Part shown: positions 1 through 11,000 of the stretch, piece by piece | How the letters are laid out: each line of letters opens with the position of its first letter | Numbering within the stretch: position 1 is the first letter of the stretch | Assembly (NCBI GenBank): GCA_020854035.1 | Contig: JADZGE010000076.1 | Coordinates: 18,027-82,026 of the forward strand | From: Burkholderiales bacterium | GTDB taxonomy: Bacteria; Pseudomonadota; Gammaproteobacteria; Burkholderiales; SG8-41 | Length of the DNA stretch: 64,000 bases | Direction: 5' to 3' | The notes under the pieces: generated by a model | What the model was told of the DNA's origin: nothing | What the model saw: the letters and a program-made list of their open reading frames with translations, nothing else | The model's database searches: none | Program-made: the position numbers and the translations under genes

Positions 1-795
1 GAACGCGGCGTCGCGAAAGAGGCTTGCGGGGAAGTCATCGCGGTCGCGACGCACGGCGGCACCACCACGCGCTACGCGTTCGGCGACCCGGGCGGCGGCG
101 CGCCACGATTCGAACGAATCGCCCTCGTGCCGCTCCCGGGCGGGGGCGGCCACCTCGATCTCGACGATCGCGGCTGCGCGCGCAAGCTCACCGGCAATTC
201 CCTCGTGCGCTCCATGCCGCATTTCCGCGACGCGGGATTCGCGACGGCGCTCCTGGACGCGCCTTCGGATCATCCCGGCGAGGAGGGGCTCGCGGGCTTC
301 CGCACGGCGAGCGCTCATGCGGAGGATCTCGGCAAGGTGATCGCCGACGTGCGCGGGCGCGTGAGGGGCGCGGTCTGGGTGATCGGCACGAGCCGCGGCG
401 CGATCTCGGCCGTGAACGCCGCGTCGCGCCTTGCCGGAGCGGGACTGCCGGACGGCGTCGTGCTCACCTCCGCGCTGATGGAGGGCAGCCCGCGCGGCCG
501 CCTGCCGTGGACCGCGCAGTCGGTGTTCGACCTGCCTCTCGAATCCATCCGCGTCCCCGTGCTCGTCGTGGGCCACGCCGCGGACGGCTGCGTGCGCTCG
601 CCGCCGGACCGGATGGAGCGCATCGTGGCGCGGACGAGCGGCGAGCGGGAGCAGGTCGTGACCGTTACGGGCGGTCCCGGCGGCGGTCCGTCCGGTCTCG
701 AGGCATGCGCGGGGCGCACGCCGCACGGATTCCACGGCCAGGAGGAGGAAGTCGCCGCGGGGATCGCGCGTTTCATCCGCGGCGGCCGTTATTAG
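1..795 (+). CDS. alpha/beta-fold hydrolase, 5' end outside window
   Basis: Frame 1 is open from nt 1 to TAG 793-795, and the listed ORF 127..795 only marks the first in-window ATG. G-T-S-R-G nucleophile-elbow-like motif (VIGTSRGAIS), plus VLVVGHAADGC and a late HGF segment as in dienelactone-hydrolase-like enzymes. GC-rich third codon positions. Confidence 0.6.
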   Translation, partial: ERGVAKEACGEVIAVATHGGTTTRYAFGDPGGGAPRFERIALVPLPGGGGHLDLDDRGCARKLTGNSLVRSMPHFRDAGFATALLDAPSDHPGEEGLAGFRTASAHAEDLGKVIADVRGRVRGAVWVIGTSRGAISAVNAASRLAGAGLPDGVVLTSALMEGSPRGRLPWTAQSVFDLPLESIRVPVLVVGHAADGCVRSPPDRMERIVARTSGEREQVVTVTGGPGGGPSGLEACAGRTPHGFHGQEEEVAAGIARFIRGGRY

Positions 796-897
796 AACGG
801 AGCGAATCGCGGCGCATTCAGCGCGCCGCCCCGGCGCCGTTGCCAGCCCGGCACGAAGGGCGTAACGTTTCCGTGTTCGCATCCGGGGGAGGAAAGC

Positions 898-1881
898 ATG
901 GGACGACCGTCCGTTCTGGCCGTTGCGGGTGTGCTCGCCGCCGCGTGGATTTCCGCGGCGCACGCGCAATCGTCGTATCCGGCGAAGCCGATCGCGCTGG
1001 TCGTGCCGTTCGCCGCCGGCGGCGACTCCGACACCGCGGCGCGCATCCTCGGCCAGCATGCCTCGAAATACCTCAACAACCAGCCAGTCGTCATCTGGAA
1101 TCGCGTCGGCGCCTCCGGCGTGATCGGCTCCGTCGCCGCGAAGAACGCCGCGGCCGACGGCTACACCCTGCTCCTCGGGCGCATCGCCACCCACGCGATC
1201 GTCCCCGCGATCGACAGCAAGGTGCCGTACAAGTGGAGCGAATTCACGATCATTTCGCTGCTGGAACTCAATCCCTACGTCTGCGTCGTCAAGGGCGACT
1301 CGCCGTTCCGGTCCATGAAGGCGTTGATCGCGGAGATGCGCAAGAGCCCGGGAAAGCTCAACTTCGCCACTTCGGGCGTGGGCACGATACAGAACTTCGG
1401 CCCGCAGTACCTCCTCACCCTCGCCGGGCTTACCAAGGACCACGCGGTTGGCATCCACTACAAGAGCGGCGGCGACGTCACGGTATCGCTCCTCGGCGGG
1501 CAGGTGCACTTCGCGTGCAACAACCTCACCACGCTGCTCTCGCACGTGAAGGCCGGGGCGTTGCGCGCGCTGATGACGACGACCCCGCAGCGGCTGCCGG
1601 ACCTTCCCGACGTGCCGACATCACGCGAGCTCGGCTGGCCCGACATGGAGCGCATCACCGGCTGGAGCGCGTTGATGGGGCCGCCGAAGATGGCGAAAGC
1701 CGCGGTGGACAAGTGGACCGAGGTCCTCGGGAAACTCGCCTCCGATCCCGGCTGGATCGCCGCCAACGCGAAGATGGGCGGCATACCGGCCGTCCGCTCG
1801 GGGACGGAGACAACGCGCTACGTGCGCGAGCAGTACGAGCTCTACGAGAAACTCGCGACCTCGCTCGGCATCCGCGAGTAG
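898..1881 (+). CDS. Bug/TctC-family tripartite tricarboxylate transporter substrate-binding protein
   Basis: 327 aa. Signal peptide ending AAHAQ, then the family hallmark YPAKPIALVVPFAAGGDSDTAARIL. GGAGGAAAG Shine-Dalgarno just upstream of the ATG. Confidence 0.85.
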   Translation: MGRPSVLAVAGVLAAAWISAAHAQSSYPAKPIALVVPFAAGGDSDTAARILGQHASKYLNNQPVVIWNRVGASGVIGSVAAKNAAADGYTLLLGRIATHAIVPAIDSKVPYKWSEFTIISLLELNPYVCVVKGDSPFRSMKALIAEMRKSPGKLNFATSGVGTIQNFGPQYLLTLAGLTKDHAVGIHYKSGGDVTVSLLGGQVHFACNNLTTLLSHVKAGALRALMTTTPQRLPDLPDVPTSRELGWPDMERITGWSALMGPPKMAKAAVDKWTEVLGKLASDPGWIAANAKMGGIPAVRSGTETTRYVREQYELYEKLATSLGIRE

Positions 1882-2006
1882 GACCGGCGTGCCGCCGGGC
1901 GCCGGCTCGACTGATCCGCCTCGCCGCGTTGCGCCTTCCTGCTCCTCTCCCGTGATATGATCCCCCTTGGCGGAGGCTGCGGCGCGGGTTTGCGCGGAGC
2001 GAAATC

Positions 2007-2564
2007 ATGAGGATGGAAGTTCACGTTCACGGCAGCATCTTCCTCGGCAGGGGCGTGCGGCTGTCGCAGGTGGAGCACGCGCTGCGCCCGTGGCTCGAGT
2101 ACCTCGACGTCGATACGATCGCCGAGGCGCCGAGCCTGGAGCGGGAGGAACCCGGTATCGTCTTCGATTCGCGCGAGCGCACGGTGAATATCTGCTGGAC
2201 CGGCGAAGTCGGCCGCAGCTTCCACTCGCGCCTCGCCGAGGCGTTCCAGAACGTCGGGCCGCTCACGGAGTACGCCTCGGAGGTCGAGGCGACCTACTAC
2301 CCGGAGAACAGCGACGACGAGTTCTACCAGCTCTTCATCGGGCCGTCGGCGGAGGCGATCCACGAATTCCGGCGGCAGTGCGTGGTCGAGGATGTTTCCG
2401 GCATGCTCGCCCGGCACCTTGGCAAGGCCGAAGTGGACCAGGTCGCCGCGCTCCTCACGCAGCTCTTCGACCAGGACTGGGCTACCCGCAAGCTGACGGG
2501 GGACCAGCCGGCTGGCGCCTCGACGGTCATTCCGCTGCACCCGAGGAACAAGCACCTGCACTAG
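2007..2564 (+). CDS. hypothetical protein (acidic, soluble, no family recognised)
   Basis: 185-aa ORF with strong GC3 bias consistent with genuine coding, and GGAG about 8 nt upstream of the ATG. No TM or signal sequence. I do not recognise the family. Confidence 0.55.
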   Translation: MRMEVHVHGSIFLGRGVRLSQVEHALRPWLEYLDVDTIAEAPSLEREEPGIVFDSRERTVNICWTGEVGRSFHSRLAEAFQNVGPLTEYASEVEATYYPENSDDEFYQLFIGPSAEAIHEFRRQCVVEDVSGMLARHLGKAEVDQVAALLTQLFDQDWATRKLTGDQPAGASTVIPLHPRNKHLH

Positions 2565-2620
2565 GGGCGCGACGGGTGATGGCAATCGCCCGCCGCGGAT
2601 CGCCCCTCGCTCGCCGCGCG

Positions 2621-3595
2621 TTACCTCTTGCCGAGCGCCTCCGGATTGATCACGTTCGCGCCCCGGCCGGCGGCGAATGCGACGATGTTGTCGACCGCCT
2701 GCCCGTAGTAGGACTCGAGCGTCGCTTCCTCGACGTAGCCCAGATGCGGTGTGCACACGGCGCCCGGCATCGCGAGCAGCGGATGGCTGCCTCCCAGCAC
2801 GGGCTCGTCCTCGTACACGTCCACCGCGGCGTAGCCCGGCCTGCCGCGCCCTAGCGCCTCCACCAGCGCACCCGGCGCGACGATCGCCGCGCGGCTGGTG
2901 TTGACGAACAGCGCCGCCGGCTTCATGAGCGCGAGATCGGCCGCCGTCACGATGCCGCGCGTGCCGTCATTGGACGGCAGGTGGATCGTCAGCACGTCGG
3001 CTTCGGCGAAGAACGCCACGCGACTCGCCGCGACCTCGAACCCGGCCTCGCGCGCGCGCCCGGTCGAGCCTTCGCGGCCCCAGCACACGACGCGCATGCC
3101 GAACGCCCTGCCCACGCGCGCGACCAGGCTCCCGATCTTGCCGTAGGCATACACACCCAGGGTCCGGCCGTTCAGGCCCTTGCCGACCGAGCCCTGCCAC
3201 CTGCCCTCCTTCAGCCGCGCGACTTCCTGCGGGATGCTCCGGCGCGACGCCAGGATGAGCGCCCACGTGAGCTCCGCCGTCGGCGTGGGGCTGCCCACGC
3301 CCGCGGCCGCCACGGCGATGCCCAGCTCCGTGCACGCCGCGACGTCGATGTGGCCGGAATTGCGCCCCGTCTGGCTCACGAGCTTCAACTTCGGCAGCCG
3401 CTGCGCCAGCTCGCGCGTGAAGCGCGTGCGCTGCTGCGTGAGAATCAGCGCCTCCGCGTCCCCGATGCGCCCGGCGAGCTTCGCCGGATCCTTCTCGGTC
3501 ACGTGAAAGACGATCACTTCGTGGCCCTTCAGCCGGGCGTAGCAGTCGAGGCTGCGGAAAGCGTCCTGGTAGTCGTCGATCACCGCGATTTTCAT
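2621..3595 (-). CDS. D-isomer-specific 2-hydroxyacid dehydrogenase family, NAD-binding
   Basis: 324 aa starting MKIAVIDDY. Rossmann segment LGVYAYGKIGSLVARV. C-terminal catalytic region with VNTSR...DV...EP...TPHLGY typical of the family. Confidence 0.85.
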   Translation of the reverse strand: MKIAVIDDYQDAFRSLDCYARLKGHEVIVFHVTEKDPAKLAGRIGDAEALILTQQRTRFTRELAQRLPKLKLVSQTGRNSGHIDVAACTELGIAVAAAGVGSPTPTAELTWALILASRRSIPQEVARLKEGRWQGSVGKGLNGRTLGVYAYGKIGSLVARVGRAFGMRVVCWGREGSTGRAREAGFEVAASRVAFFAEADVLTIHLPSNDGTRGIVTAADLALMKPAALFVNTSRAAIVAPGALVEALGRGRPGYAAVDVYEDEPVLGGSHPLLAMPGAVCTPHLGYVEEATLESYYGQAVDNIVAFAAGRGANVINPEALGKR

Positions 3596-3727
3596 CGTAC
3601 TCCCCTCGCGACGCAGCGCGCGTCGTTGATCCGGTATCGAGCAGCGGCGGAGGGCGCGGAGAACGCGGGGAAAACGGTCTCGTCACGCTCTCCGCGCCGT
3701 TCCCCTTCGGCCTTCGCGCCTTCGCGG

Positions 3728-4876
3728 CTAGTTCTTCCCCGCCTGCATTCCCCCGGGCCGGTTCAGCCACCCGCCCCCGCCGAGTATCAGCGAATTGACG
3801 ATGAACACGGGCGCGACGCCGAAGAGCGTCCCGAGCGAGCCGAACATGAGCGGCACCACGATGTGCGTGACCTGGTTGATCGTCACCCGCACGCCGAGCG
3901 CCTCGCCGGAACGGCCCTCGGGAGCGCGGCTGAAGATCAGCATCAGCGTGACCGGCTGCGCGCAGCCCATGCTCAGGCCGAGCATGAGCGAGACCGCGGC
4001 GAGCATCCACGCGTCGCTGAAAAGCGGCACCAGCAGGAACGAGCCCGCGGAGATGTAGAGCGAGGTGGTGAACACGCGGTCGGGCCCCCAGCGCTTGACG
4101 AGGTCGGGCAGCCAGATCCTCACGAAGAACGCCGCGATTCCCGACATCGCCAGCACGACGCCGATCGCCGAAGCCGGCAGGCCGGCGTTGTGACAATAGA
4201 TCGGCATGTAGAACTGGAAGAGATCCTGCCCCGTGGTCGCCACCGCCCCCCCGATCAGCGTGCCGCGCAACGCGGGATTCGCGAGCAGGCTCGAAGCGAT
4301 GACCGCCTGCTCTTCCTCCGTCTTCCCGCGAGGCCCCGCCACCACGTTGCGCGCGCGGGCCATGATGAGCGCCGGCACGAGCGGCAGCATGGCGAAAACG
4401 AGATAGCTCGTCGCGTGTCCGATCCGGTCGATGGAAAAGCCGGCGGCAAGCGGCCCGACCGAGGAGCCTACCGCCATGGCGAGCGCGTAGTTGCTGAAAT
4501 TGCGAGTATGCGCGCCGGCCCCCCCGAGCGAACCGACGAGGTTCTGCGTCGCGAGGTTGTACATCATGTGGGAGGCGCCGATCAGGGCCGCGGAAACGTA
4601 GAGCGCGGCGACGCTCGGCCACAGGCCCGGCACCAGCATGCCGCACCCGATGCCGAGCGAGCCCGCCAGCATCGGCACCCGCACGCCGAGCCGGTCGGAC
4701 AGGCGCCCCGCCTGTACCGCGAGCACCGCCGGGAGCAGCGAGTACATCGCGATCATGATCCCGATGTAGAACTGGGAGGCGCCGAGTTCGAGCGCGTAGA
4801 GCGAGACGAGGATCTTGCTCGCGCGAAAGCTCGACATGTTGAGGAGCACGATCACGAGAACGGTGGCGATCGACAT
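3728..4876 (-). CDS. MFS transporter
   Basis: 382 aa, about 12 hydrophobic segments, MFS loop 2-3 motif GRLSDRLGVR. Confidence 0.8.
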   Translation of the reverse strand: MSIATVLVIVLLNMSSFRASKILVSLYALELGASQFYIGIMIAMYSLLPAVLAVQAGRLSDRLGVRVPMLAGSLGIGCGMLVPGLWPSVAALYVSAALIGASHMMYNLATQNLVGSLGGAGAHTRNFSNYALAMAVGSSVGPLAAGFSIDRIGHATSYLVFAMLPLVPALIMARARNVVAGPRGKTEEEQAVIASSLLANPALRGTLIGGAVATTGQDLFQFYMPIYCHNAGLPASAIGVVLAMSGIAAFFVRIWLPDLVKRWGPDRVFTTSLYISAGSFLLVPLFSDAWMLAAVSLMLGLSMGCAQPVTLMLIFSRAPEGRSGEALGVRVTINQVTHIVVPLMFGSLGTLFGVAPVFIVNSLILGGGGWLNRPGGMQAGKN

Positions 4877-5039
4877 GCGCTCACCGTTTCGCGGCGCGGA
4901 TCGCCGGATGCGGGACTGGCGGTGACTGAAGCGGACAGCGCGGCATGGCGGCCCGGATTCTACCGCGCCACACGCCGCGCCCTGCCGGCGGCGCGGCCGG
5001 CGCGCGACGTGGATCTCCGGCGCGGTTCGGGCGGCGCCG

Positions 5040-8000
5040 CTACCTGCCGCGGCACCAGAGCGCGCCCACGGTCCTCGAGGCGAGGCACTCCAGTGCCCGC
5101 GCCGCGGGACCGCGACGCACCTCGCCGGCGGCGCCGACGAACGGTCCCGGCGCGCCGGGCCCGCCCGCTCCGGCTACAGCCTGCGCCGGAGGCGACCCAC
5201 CGAACACGGCGCCGCCTTCCTCGACCAGAGCCGGCCCGCTCGCGATCATGGGCGCCGCGCCCGGGTCGAGAAAACCGTAGGTCACCGCCTGCATGAGCGG
5301 CCGCTCGAACGGAACGTCCGCAAGTGCGGCGGGCGCGATGGCGGGCTGCGGCAGCGGCGTCACGGTGAGCAGCCCCGGGACGTAGCCGATCGAATAATTG
5401 ATCGCGGCTTGTCCGGCGGCGGCGATGACGTACTGCCCGGGAGGCGACGCCGGCACGGCGGGCGTGGCGAAGAGCAGCACGCCGCTCAACACGGCGGGCG
5501 TCTCCCCGTTCACGAAGCCGGTGTAGGTCGCCGTGAACGGCGGGTCCGGGGCGCCCGCGACGCGCGACTTGTCGTCTGCGCGGATGGTGAGCGGCGCCGG
5601 CGTGATCGCGAGCGTGGGAGTACCCGAGAGGACCGGCACGGCGTAGTTGCCGCCCGCGGGCCCGCCCGGGGCACTGAAGGTCGTCCCGGTGATCGCGTAG
5701 CTGCCCGCGTTCTCGCCGGGGACGCGGGCATATCCCGCGAGGCTCACCGCGACGCGTCCGGCATCGTTCATCGCCGTCACCGCGCCGTTCCAGTCCGTGA
5801 CGCTCGTATTGACGAGTCCGCCCGGCGTCGCCGCGATCGTCGCCGGCGCCGGATCCGGGCTGCCGTAGACTTTCGACGGGTCGGCGATCGAAGCCGTGAG
5901 CGGCGCGGGCGTGATGGATAGCGCCGGGCTTCCGGCGAGCACCGGGGATGCGTAGTTGGCCGCCGCGGGGCCCGTGAGCGCGGTGAACGTGCCGCCCGTA
6001 ATGGAGTGCGCGCCCACGTTCTCGCCGCTCGCCCGCACGAGACTCGCCAGGCTGACCGCGAGGCTGCCGGTATCGTCGATCGGCGTCGTGTTGCCGTCGA
6101 TGTCCGTCACCACCCGGTTGACGACTCCGCCCAGCACTACGCCGATCGTCCCCGGCGCAGGGTCGCTGGTGCCGTAGACCTTCGCGGCTCCGACAAGGGA
6201 GGCTCCGAGCGGCGCGGGGCTCACCGCAAAGCGGTTCGTCGTGCCGTCGAACGTGATGCTGTAGTTGCCGCCCGCGTTACCGTCGGAAACCGTCACGCTG
6301 CCCGCTGTGAACGCGTAGCTGCCGGCCGTCTCGCCCGCGACTCGCCCCATCTCGCCCGCCAGTGCGTCGCCGCCGGCGAGCGTACCGCCTGTCAACGAGT
6401 ACGCGGCCTTCGCCGATGCCGGGTCGTCCGCGCCGTAGACCTTGCCCTGCCCCGTACCCGACGCGACGGTGATGGGGCGCGGCGTGATCGTTCCGACGTT
6501 GCCGATCGCGCTGTCGCTCGCGAGCCGGTAGCCGTACACGGGCGCCGCGCCGTTCGTCGCTCCCGTCAGGGCGATGCCCGTCGCGGTGACGCTCTTGTTC
6601 GTCCCAGCGTGCCGCGTGTCGTAAGTCCCCGCGACCGGGAGATCAAGCGCGATGAAGTCGCCGTCGATCGCGCCCGTAACCGAGAAGTCGCCCGGCGAGA
6701 GCGCCGCCGCGTTCGTGGCGTCGTAGACCTTCGCGACCGGCCCCGTGAGCCCCACGGCAAGCGACGGCGCACTGCGGTACAGGAAGCCGTTGCCAGCGCC
6801 CGCGACCGGGGTCACGCCGTAGGTCGCGTCGTACTGCTTGAAGCCGTAGGCAAGGCCGCCCCGGTTGTCGGTGGCCGGATCGTTCGAGTAAACGAGCCAC
6901 CGCCCGGACGGGGTACTGATCGCGCCGGCGCCGGCGTTGTTCGAGAAGTTCCCCCCCGCGACGAGCACCACGGCATCACCGCCCACAGTGCTCGCCAGCG
7001 CACCGTTCAACGTGAGGTTGCCGCCCGCGACCGCGGTGAGAACGTCATTCGCCTGCACGGCCCCGAGCCCGACATGTCCCGTCGCGCTCGCGTCGATTCT
7101 CCCTAGACGGGTACCCGCCGTTCCCAGCGCACCGGTGAGGTTGATCATCCCGGCGGAGAGGTTCAAGTCGCGGCCCGCCACATCGCCGGTGATGTTTCCG
7201 GCGCCCGCGATCGTCCCGCTGCCGGTCTGTACCGTGGTCGGGTTGCGCAGCACCATGTTGTTGACCGTGACGTTGCCCGAACTGTCCCCGCGCCCGAGCA
7301 TGATGCTCGCGAAGCCCGGCTGGATGAAACCCAGGTCCGCGGCGGTGAGATCCAGCACCGCCGTGCTCGTGTCCGCGCCCGCGCCGAGGGTCATGCTGGC
7401 CGCCGTCGAGCCCGGTGCGAGCGAGAGGCCGGCGCCGCCGGTGACCGCGCCGGCGAGATTGATCTCGTTCGCGCGCACGGCGAGATTGCGGGCCCCGGCC
7501 GCGACCGTGCTGCCGAAAGTGACGGTGGCGGTGCCCGCGGAGATCGCCGCATCGGTCGCGAGCGTGACCGGACCCTGCAGCGTGACATTGCCGTTGGCGG
7601 TCGTCAGTTCGCCGCCGAGAAGGATCGGCAGCCCCGCCCCGTTGTAGGTCTGGGCGCCTCCCGTATTCACGACGCCCCCGAGCATGGTCGAGCCCGTGTC
7701 CGCACCCGCCGTCGCCGCGGTCACGGCGAGGTTGCCGGAGACGCCGGCGGCGCCGCTCGTCCCCACCGTGGCGATCGAAATGTCGTTCGCGCTGACCGTG
7801 AGTGCCGCGAGCGGGGTGGTCGCGCCCACCGCCCCGTTCAGGGACACGTCGCCCCGGAGCGTGGTGAGCGTCAGCGATTGCGCTCCCGCTGCCGTGCCGT
7901 CCACCGCCGCTTCAAGCACGATGTCGCCGCTCGTTCCCACGCCGGCATTGCCGCCGGTCGCGGTGAGCGTCACCGATGCGCCGAGTGTCACCGGATCCGC

Positions 8001-11000
8001 GAGCCGGATCGTACCGCCGCCGCCCGGGGTCCCGCCTCCCCCGGCACGGTTCCCCCCCCTTGCCGTGAGCGCGGTTCCTTTCAGGGTGATCCCGGTCGCC
8101 GCGTCGAACGTGATCGTGCCGGCCGCGCCGCCGTTTGCCGTGCCGGTGCCTCCCGCACTTCCTCCGGACGAGACGACCTGTCTCACCGCGATCGTGCCGG
8201 TCGCGGAGGTCACGCTGACCGTGCCGCCCGCGCCGCCGGCAACGTTCGCCCCGCTCCCGGCCGATCCGGTGGCGTTGAGGTTCGCGGTGGACACCGTGCC
8301 GCCCGTGATCGAAATCGTGCCGGCGTTGCGGCCGGCAGTGCCTGCACCCGCCGTGCCCCCGGAAGTGGCCGAGTTGCCCGTCACGTTCGTCGCACCCAGG
8401 CTCGAAAGAGTCACGTTGCCGCCGGCGCCGTTGGTGCCGCCCGTCGTGGTGAACGAAGCGACCGTGAGGCTCCCGCCGGCCGCAAGATTTCCCGCCGCGA
8501 TGGCCGTCGCGGCAACCGCGCCGCCCGTGCCCGTGCCCTGGGCATTCCCGGTACGCGCCGCCAGCGCACCGGTCGAAATGTTGCCCGAACCGGAATTGGC
8601 GATTTCGATGGCGCCGGCACTGCCGCCGGCACCGCCGGTCGTGCTCCCTGCCCCACCGCTCGCCGTCACTGCTCCGACCGTCGTTCCCGCGACGGACTCG
8701 ATGTCGATTCTCCCGCCCTGTCCGCCGGCGAGATTCAACGTCGCTCCGTTCGCCGAACCGCCGGACGCCGACAGCGTGAGGCCCGAACCGCCATATGCAC
8801 CCGCGGAACGGATGGTGATCGTGCCGGCGTTCGTTCCCGCGGACCCGGCGTTTGCCGCGCCACCGGAAACCGTCACCGCGCCGTTGTTCGCGATATCGCT
8901 CATGGTACTCGTGACCGCGATCGTCCCGCCGTTGCCGTTGGCGCCGCCGGAAGCGGTCAGCGCACCTGTCGTCACGCCGGCGCCGGAGAGCGTGATCGAG
9001 CCAGCCCCGCCGCCCGTGCCCGTGCCGGTCGCCGCTCCGGTCTGGGTCGCGATGGCCGCCGTCGTCAGCGTGCCACTGCCCGTCGACGTGACCGTGCCGG
9101 CCGCGCCGCCTGCCTGATTCGTACCCGCCGCCGCGCCGCCGCTCGCCGTGATGCCGCCGGAGACGGCGCGGTTCACTCCGCTTATCGCAACGGTCCCCGC
9201 GGCCGCCCCGCCGTGGCTTCCGCCCGCCGCCGCGCCGCCGCCCGAAGCGGTGATGGCGCCCGTCACGCCGACATCGCCCGCCGATTCGAGAACGACCGCG
9301 CCCCCCGCGCCCTTCGCGCCGCCACGGACGTCTATCGCGAGCGTTGTTAGCGTGGCACCGGCCGTCGCGTTGCTGTTCATCACCGTGACGCCGCCCGGCG
9401 CCGCCGCGGCCCCGGCGCCCACCGCGTTACCGCTTCTCGCGGTGAGCGCGCCGGTCGCGATGTTGCCCGCCGCGAGAGAAGTGTTCGTGATCGTGATGAG
9501 TCCGGCGCGACCTCCCGCTCCACTCGCCCCGCCGGCCCCCGCGTTACCGCCGCTCGCGGTGATGGTGCCACCGGTGGTGGAAATCGTTCCCCCGGCGACG
9601 ATCGTCACGTCGCCCGCGTCGCCGCCGGCCTGATTGGTGCCGTTACCCGCGCTGCCCGATGCCGTGATCGTCCCGCCGGTCGTTACCGTGAGCCCCGTGA
9701 GCGACACGTCGCCGCCGTCGCGTCCCGCAGTGCCGGAGGCCGCCGCACCGCCGGCGGAACTGATCGTCGCGCCGCCGCTGAACCCAAGCGCGCCCGCCGC
9801 GGTGAGACTCACCGTTCCGCCCGCCCCGTTGGCATTGCCGCTGGTGTTGATCGCCCCCGTCTGCAGCAGTGCCCCCGCCGCGTTCTGCGTAATCGTGACG
9901 CTGCCCGCCGCGCCGCTCGGCGCCGCGCCGGTGGAAGCCCCCGTGCGCGCGGTGAGCGAGCCGGTGACGAGCGTCCCGGTCGTCGCCGAGTTGTTGGTCA
10001 CTGTGATCGTTCCGGCGCCGCCACCCGCGCCAATGGTGCCGCCGCCCGCGCCGCCGTTTGCCGTTATCGCCTGCGTGCCGATGGCGCCGGCGCCGGTCAC
10101 CGCGATGGTGCCGCCGTTGCCCCCGGCGGCGCCCGCGCCGGCGCTGCCGTTGCCGCCGCTCGCCGTTATCGCGCCCGTCGTGACCGCGCCCGCGCCCGTG
10201 ACACTGACGTCGCCGGCGGCGCGCCCGCCGGCGCCGGCGGTTCCCGCCCCGCCGTTTGCGGTGATGGCGCCGGCGAGACTGACGGTTCCGGACGCACTCA
10301 CGTTCACCGTTCCTCCGGCGGCATTCGCTGCGCCGGTCGTGGTGATGCTGCCGGCGCCCGTGGAGCTCACGTTGACGCCGCTGACATGCACGGCGCCGCC
10401 CGCCGTCGCCAGCGCGGCGGCGAGCGACACATTGCCGGCCCCATTGGAAGCGGGTCCGCCCGAAACCGAGAAGTCGTGATCCGCCTTGAGCGCAAGCGTA
10501 CCCGTGCCCGTCGCCGTGACGGCGGCATTGACGTTCACGTTGTTGCCCGCGCGCAGCTCGAGACTGACATTCGCCTGCCCCGTGGACGCGCCGATGTTGA
10601 ACGCATTGGCGACGGTAATGTCGTTCGTCGCCTCCAGCACGATCGTCGAGCCCGCCGCCACGCCGGCGAAGCTGCCCCCGGCGCCGACCCTGAACACGCT
10701 CGCGAGCCCCGCATCGTCGTTCCAGGCCTCCGTCTGGTCTCCCGGCGGCGCGAAGCCCGTGCGGTTCGCCTGCGTGCCGGTCGAAAGGATGATGTTGAGC
10801 GGATCGAAGAGCAACGTTCCGCCGCGGCCGTTCGCGGCGCCGACATCCACGCGGCCGCTGAAATCGAGCGACTGCCTGCCTGAGATCTCCGCGAACCCGC
10901 CGTCGCCGCCCTCCGGGCCACCGCGGGCGGACACCGCGCCGTGGAAGCGCGTGAGGTCCTGCCCCCACACGATCACCGTGCCGCCATCGCCGGAGTGCGT

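Noticed and set aside
24-5296. Very long ORFs in alternative frames or strands (for example 24..1955, 2967..4646, 2981..5296, and similarly 13109..15763, 21954..23276, 23143..26034, 31579..34662, 37865..39667 upstream part, 56445..58337, 59849..61894).
   Set aside because: Their translations are Arg/Ala/Gly/Pro-rich low-complexity strings typical of out-of-frame reading in high-GC DNA. Each overlaps an ORF with clear family motifs and proper GC3 bias.
8052-8059. C8 (and C7 at 6951-6957) homopolymer tracts inside the TpsA gene as slipped-strand phase-variation switches.
   Set aside because: At about 34% C or G per base, a back-of-envelope estimate gives on the order of ten or more runs of this length by chance in 64 kb, so the tracts are not distinctive.
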